A stretch of 64,000 nucleotides of DNA, taken from Squalus acanthias (Eukaryota). Location: positions 62,001 to 126,000 of the forward strand of contig JASTWF010000048.1 in NCBI GenBank assembly GCA_030390025.1. The letters are read 5' to 3'. Positions 61,560 through 64,000 of the stretch are shown here, one piece after another; position 1 is the first letter of the stretch, and each line of letters opens with the position of its first letter. The notes under the pieces were generated by a model, which saw nothing but the letters and a program-made list of their open reading frames with translations, searched no databases and was not told the origin of the DNA. Position numbers and translations under genes: made by a program.

Positions 61560-62671
61560 ATGCGGACTTGCCTCCTGTGCTGTCCGTTGCTGCTGTTCCT
61601 ATTGGCGGGTAAGTAGCGCGAGAGCTCGGTGTCACATAGAGGGCTTTAGCTTTTGGAGTAGTAATGTATTAAAGAGCCTACAAAACAAGTTTTAATCAAA
61701 AAGAGAAAGAAAGAAAGAATGAGATAAAAAGAAAGATAGAAAGATAGAAGGATGAGATAAATGGAAAGAAAGACAGAAAGAAAGAAGAAAGACAGAAAGA
61801 AAAAAACGAAAGAAAGAAAGAAGGAAAGGAAGAGAACAAGGTTGTTGTAGCAAGTAGACTATATCTGTTTAGTGACACATAAAGGAGATAAATTGTGTTA
61901 AATAAGGGCGGGATGGATATATAGTTAACAGGGTTAGTTCTTTAATAGTTGAACCAGTGAGTGACATTTCCACGCCAATCCATATTACAAGGAGAGCTCC
62001 ACGAAAGCTACTGGCTCCTGTCTAAGTACAAGTGTCTGCCGATTTAGAATATTAATCTGGGTTTGCCAACTCGACTAAAACCAGAATGTCGCGCGGTAGA
62101 GAGAGTAGACTGTTCTGTTAAGGAGCATAGGAACAGGGGGTGATAGGGTAGATAGAGGAAATCATTTCTCCCTATCTAGTCTATCTAATCATTTGATCAC
62201 AATTACATTTAATTGAAAATACAGAAAATACTTCGTTTGAAACGAAAAGGAAGAGTGTGAGAGAAAGGGGATTATCAATCACGGAACAGCTAATAATTAA
62301 ACAGGTTAATGTGTCTTATTTCTGGGGAAATAACTGTCTCTCTTTGCTGTTCTTTCCCGTTTTGATTCGAGGTGTTGGCGGATCTCAGAAGATAGTGCAG
62401 TCCCGGGAGTATGTGTCGGTGAGAGAGGGCGAGTCTGTGACTATCCCGTGTACCCAACGCGGGACTGATTCTAACATGTACTGGTACCGTCAGCTGCCGG
62501 GCCAGGGTCTCCAGAACCTTCTGCAAGCGGTGTATGAAGATGATCCGAGCAGTTCGGACGGGATCACGGAGCGATTTTGGGCCAAAAAAACTGCAGATAA
62601 CTCCTTCGATCTGAAGATCTCGATGGTGCGGCCGAACGACACGGCGCGGTATTTCTGCGCCTGCAGTGATG
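61560..62671 (+). CDS. TRBV: TCR V family B, copy B3
   Basis: Leader 61560-61608; weak GAG acceptor; V exon 62372-62671 open, YFCACSD. Confidence 0.9.
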
Positions 62672-62710
62672 CACAGAGATACACTCAGACTGAACCGTGC
62701 TACAAAAACC
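62672..62710 (+). other. 23-RSS (B3)
   Basis: CACAGAG-23-ACAAAAACC. Confidence 0.92.
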
Positions 62711-63600
62711 CGCCCGTCTCAGACACTACCGCCTTACCAGTTCTAATGATAGATAGACCGGGATAGAGTGAAGAAGAGGGATAGAGAGAGGGTGAGAGAG
62801 ATGGGTGGGACTGTCAATCGAGGAGAGAGAGTCAGGGCTGCGAATCAGAGTGCGCGTTGCAGGGCTCTCAATCAGAGACGGGAGCGGCGGGGCTTTCAAT
62901 CAGAGAGGGCTTGACGGAGCTGTCATTCATAGAGGGCGCGGCGGGATGTCAATTAGAGAGTGAAGGGTGGAGCTGTCAATCACAGAGCGGAGGGGCGGAG
63001 CTTTCTATCAGAGAGGGAGTGATGGAGCTGTTAGTGAGAGGGGGTGATGAGTTGTCAGAGAGGGGAGGGGTGGTGATGTCAATCAGAGAGTGGACGGGCG
63101 GTGCTGTCAATCAGAGAGGGGAGTGGTGGAGCTGTGAATCATTACATAGGATTACATAGGATATATGGCACAGAAAAAGACCATTTGGCCCAACCAGTCC
63201 ATGTCGGCGTTAATGTTCCTCACGAGCCTCCTCCCGTCTTTCCTCATCTAAATATATCAGAATAACCCTCAATTTCCTTTCCCTCATATGCTTGACTTGC
63301 TTCCCCTTAAATGCATCCATGCGATTCGCTTCAACCACTCCCTGTGGAATCAGAGAGGGGAGGGGCGGTGCTGTCACTCGGAGAGGGCGGGGCATGTCTG
63401 TCAATCAGGGAGGGCGCGGCAGGGCTGTCAATCAGAGAGTGAGGGGCGGGGCATTGTATATCCAGTGTTTCCTTCTGAATGATGGAGATCGTGCGTTTTC
63501 CACGCGCCAGTCTGGCCTTGCAAACAACATTCTCATAGCTCCTGTCGCTGGGAAGCTTATTGGCCGTGGGTTCCCGCTCTCAGACCCTCTCTCCCCGACC

Positions 63601-63649
63601 ATGCAGACTTGCCTCCTGTCCTGCACGTTGCCTCTGTTCCTATTGGCGG
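63601..63649 (+). pseudogene. Family B leader B4 with dead donor; V exon beyond the window
   Basis: MQTCLLSCTLPLFLLAG followed by GAAATT instead of GTAATT. Confidence 0.75.
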
Positions 63650-64000
63650 GAAATTAAAGCGATAGGCCGGTGTCCTATAGGAGGCCTTTGGGTCTGGTGC
63701 AGGAATGTATTAAAATCCTATATAACAATTGTTCAAAAATTAGAGAAAGAAAGAAAGAAGGAAAAGGAGAAAGAAAGAAGGAAAGACAAAAGAAAGAAAA
63801 AAGAGAGAAAGTAAGAAAGAAAGATAGGAAGCAAGAAAGTTAATGAGAGAACAGCGTTGAGAAATAAATTGACTGTATCTGTTCAGTGAAAAATAAAGAA
63901 GACAAATTGTGTTAAATACAGTCGGGATGGACATATAGAGAACAGGGTTATTCCTGTATTGTTTAAACCAGTGTGTGATTTTTCCACGTCAATCCCTGAC

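Noticed and set aside
4486-62710. Ig, IgNAR, NAR-TCR or TCR alpha/delta identity
   Set aside because: No Ig octamer promoters or V-D-J-C clusters seen; WYRQ framework, CAWS/CACS ends and CRE-type promoters fit TRB better. Not proven without the constant region.

Overview
Eukaryotic (vertebrate) DNA, not prokaryotic. It is a germline array of T-cell receptor V gene segments, most consistent with the TCR beta (TRB) locus of a cartilaginous fish; that origin is inferred from shark-type CR1 LINEs and a DeuSINE-like element. All segments are on the + strand as leader exon, phase-1 intron, V exon and 23-bp-spacer RSS. I count 20 full-length V exons with an RSS in four families. Family A (...YYCAWSL, TRBV30-like) has 14 copies: 11 apparently intact, 3 pseudogenes, plus 2 truncated relics and 1 orphan leader. 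Family B (...YFCACSD/GD) has 2 intact, 1 pseudogene and 1 leader at the window end. Family D (...YYCACS) has 2 intact. Family C has 5 relics and no intact copy. No D, J or C segments were seen. The array is built from nested segmental duplications and is interspersed with CR1 fragments, SINEs, GA-rich microsatellites, 27-bp and 42-bp minisatellites and N gaps. Most notable patterns: a co-oriented CTCF-like motif behind nearly every A and D segment; a repeated splice acceptor plus acidic ORF behind A segments that is in phase with a GT inside the RSS heptamer; RSS read-through to a stop and AATAAA; a PBX/MEIS-plus-GC-box minisatellite at promoters; and a 138-bp spacerless palindrome insertion. 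Labels A1-A14, B1-B4, C1-C5 and D1-D2 are my own.
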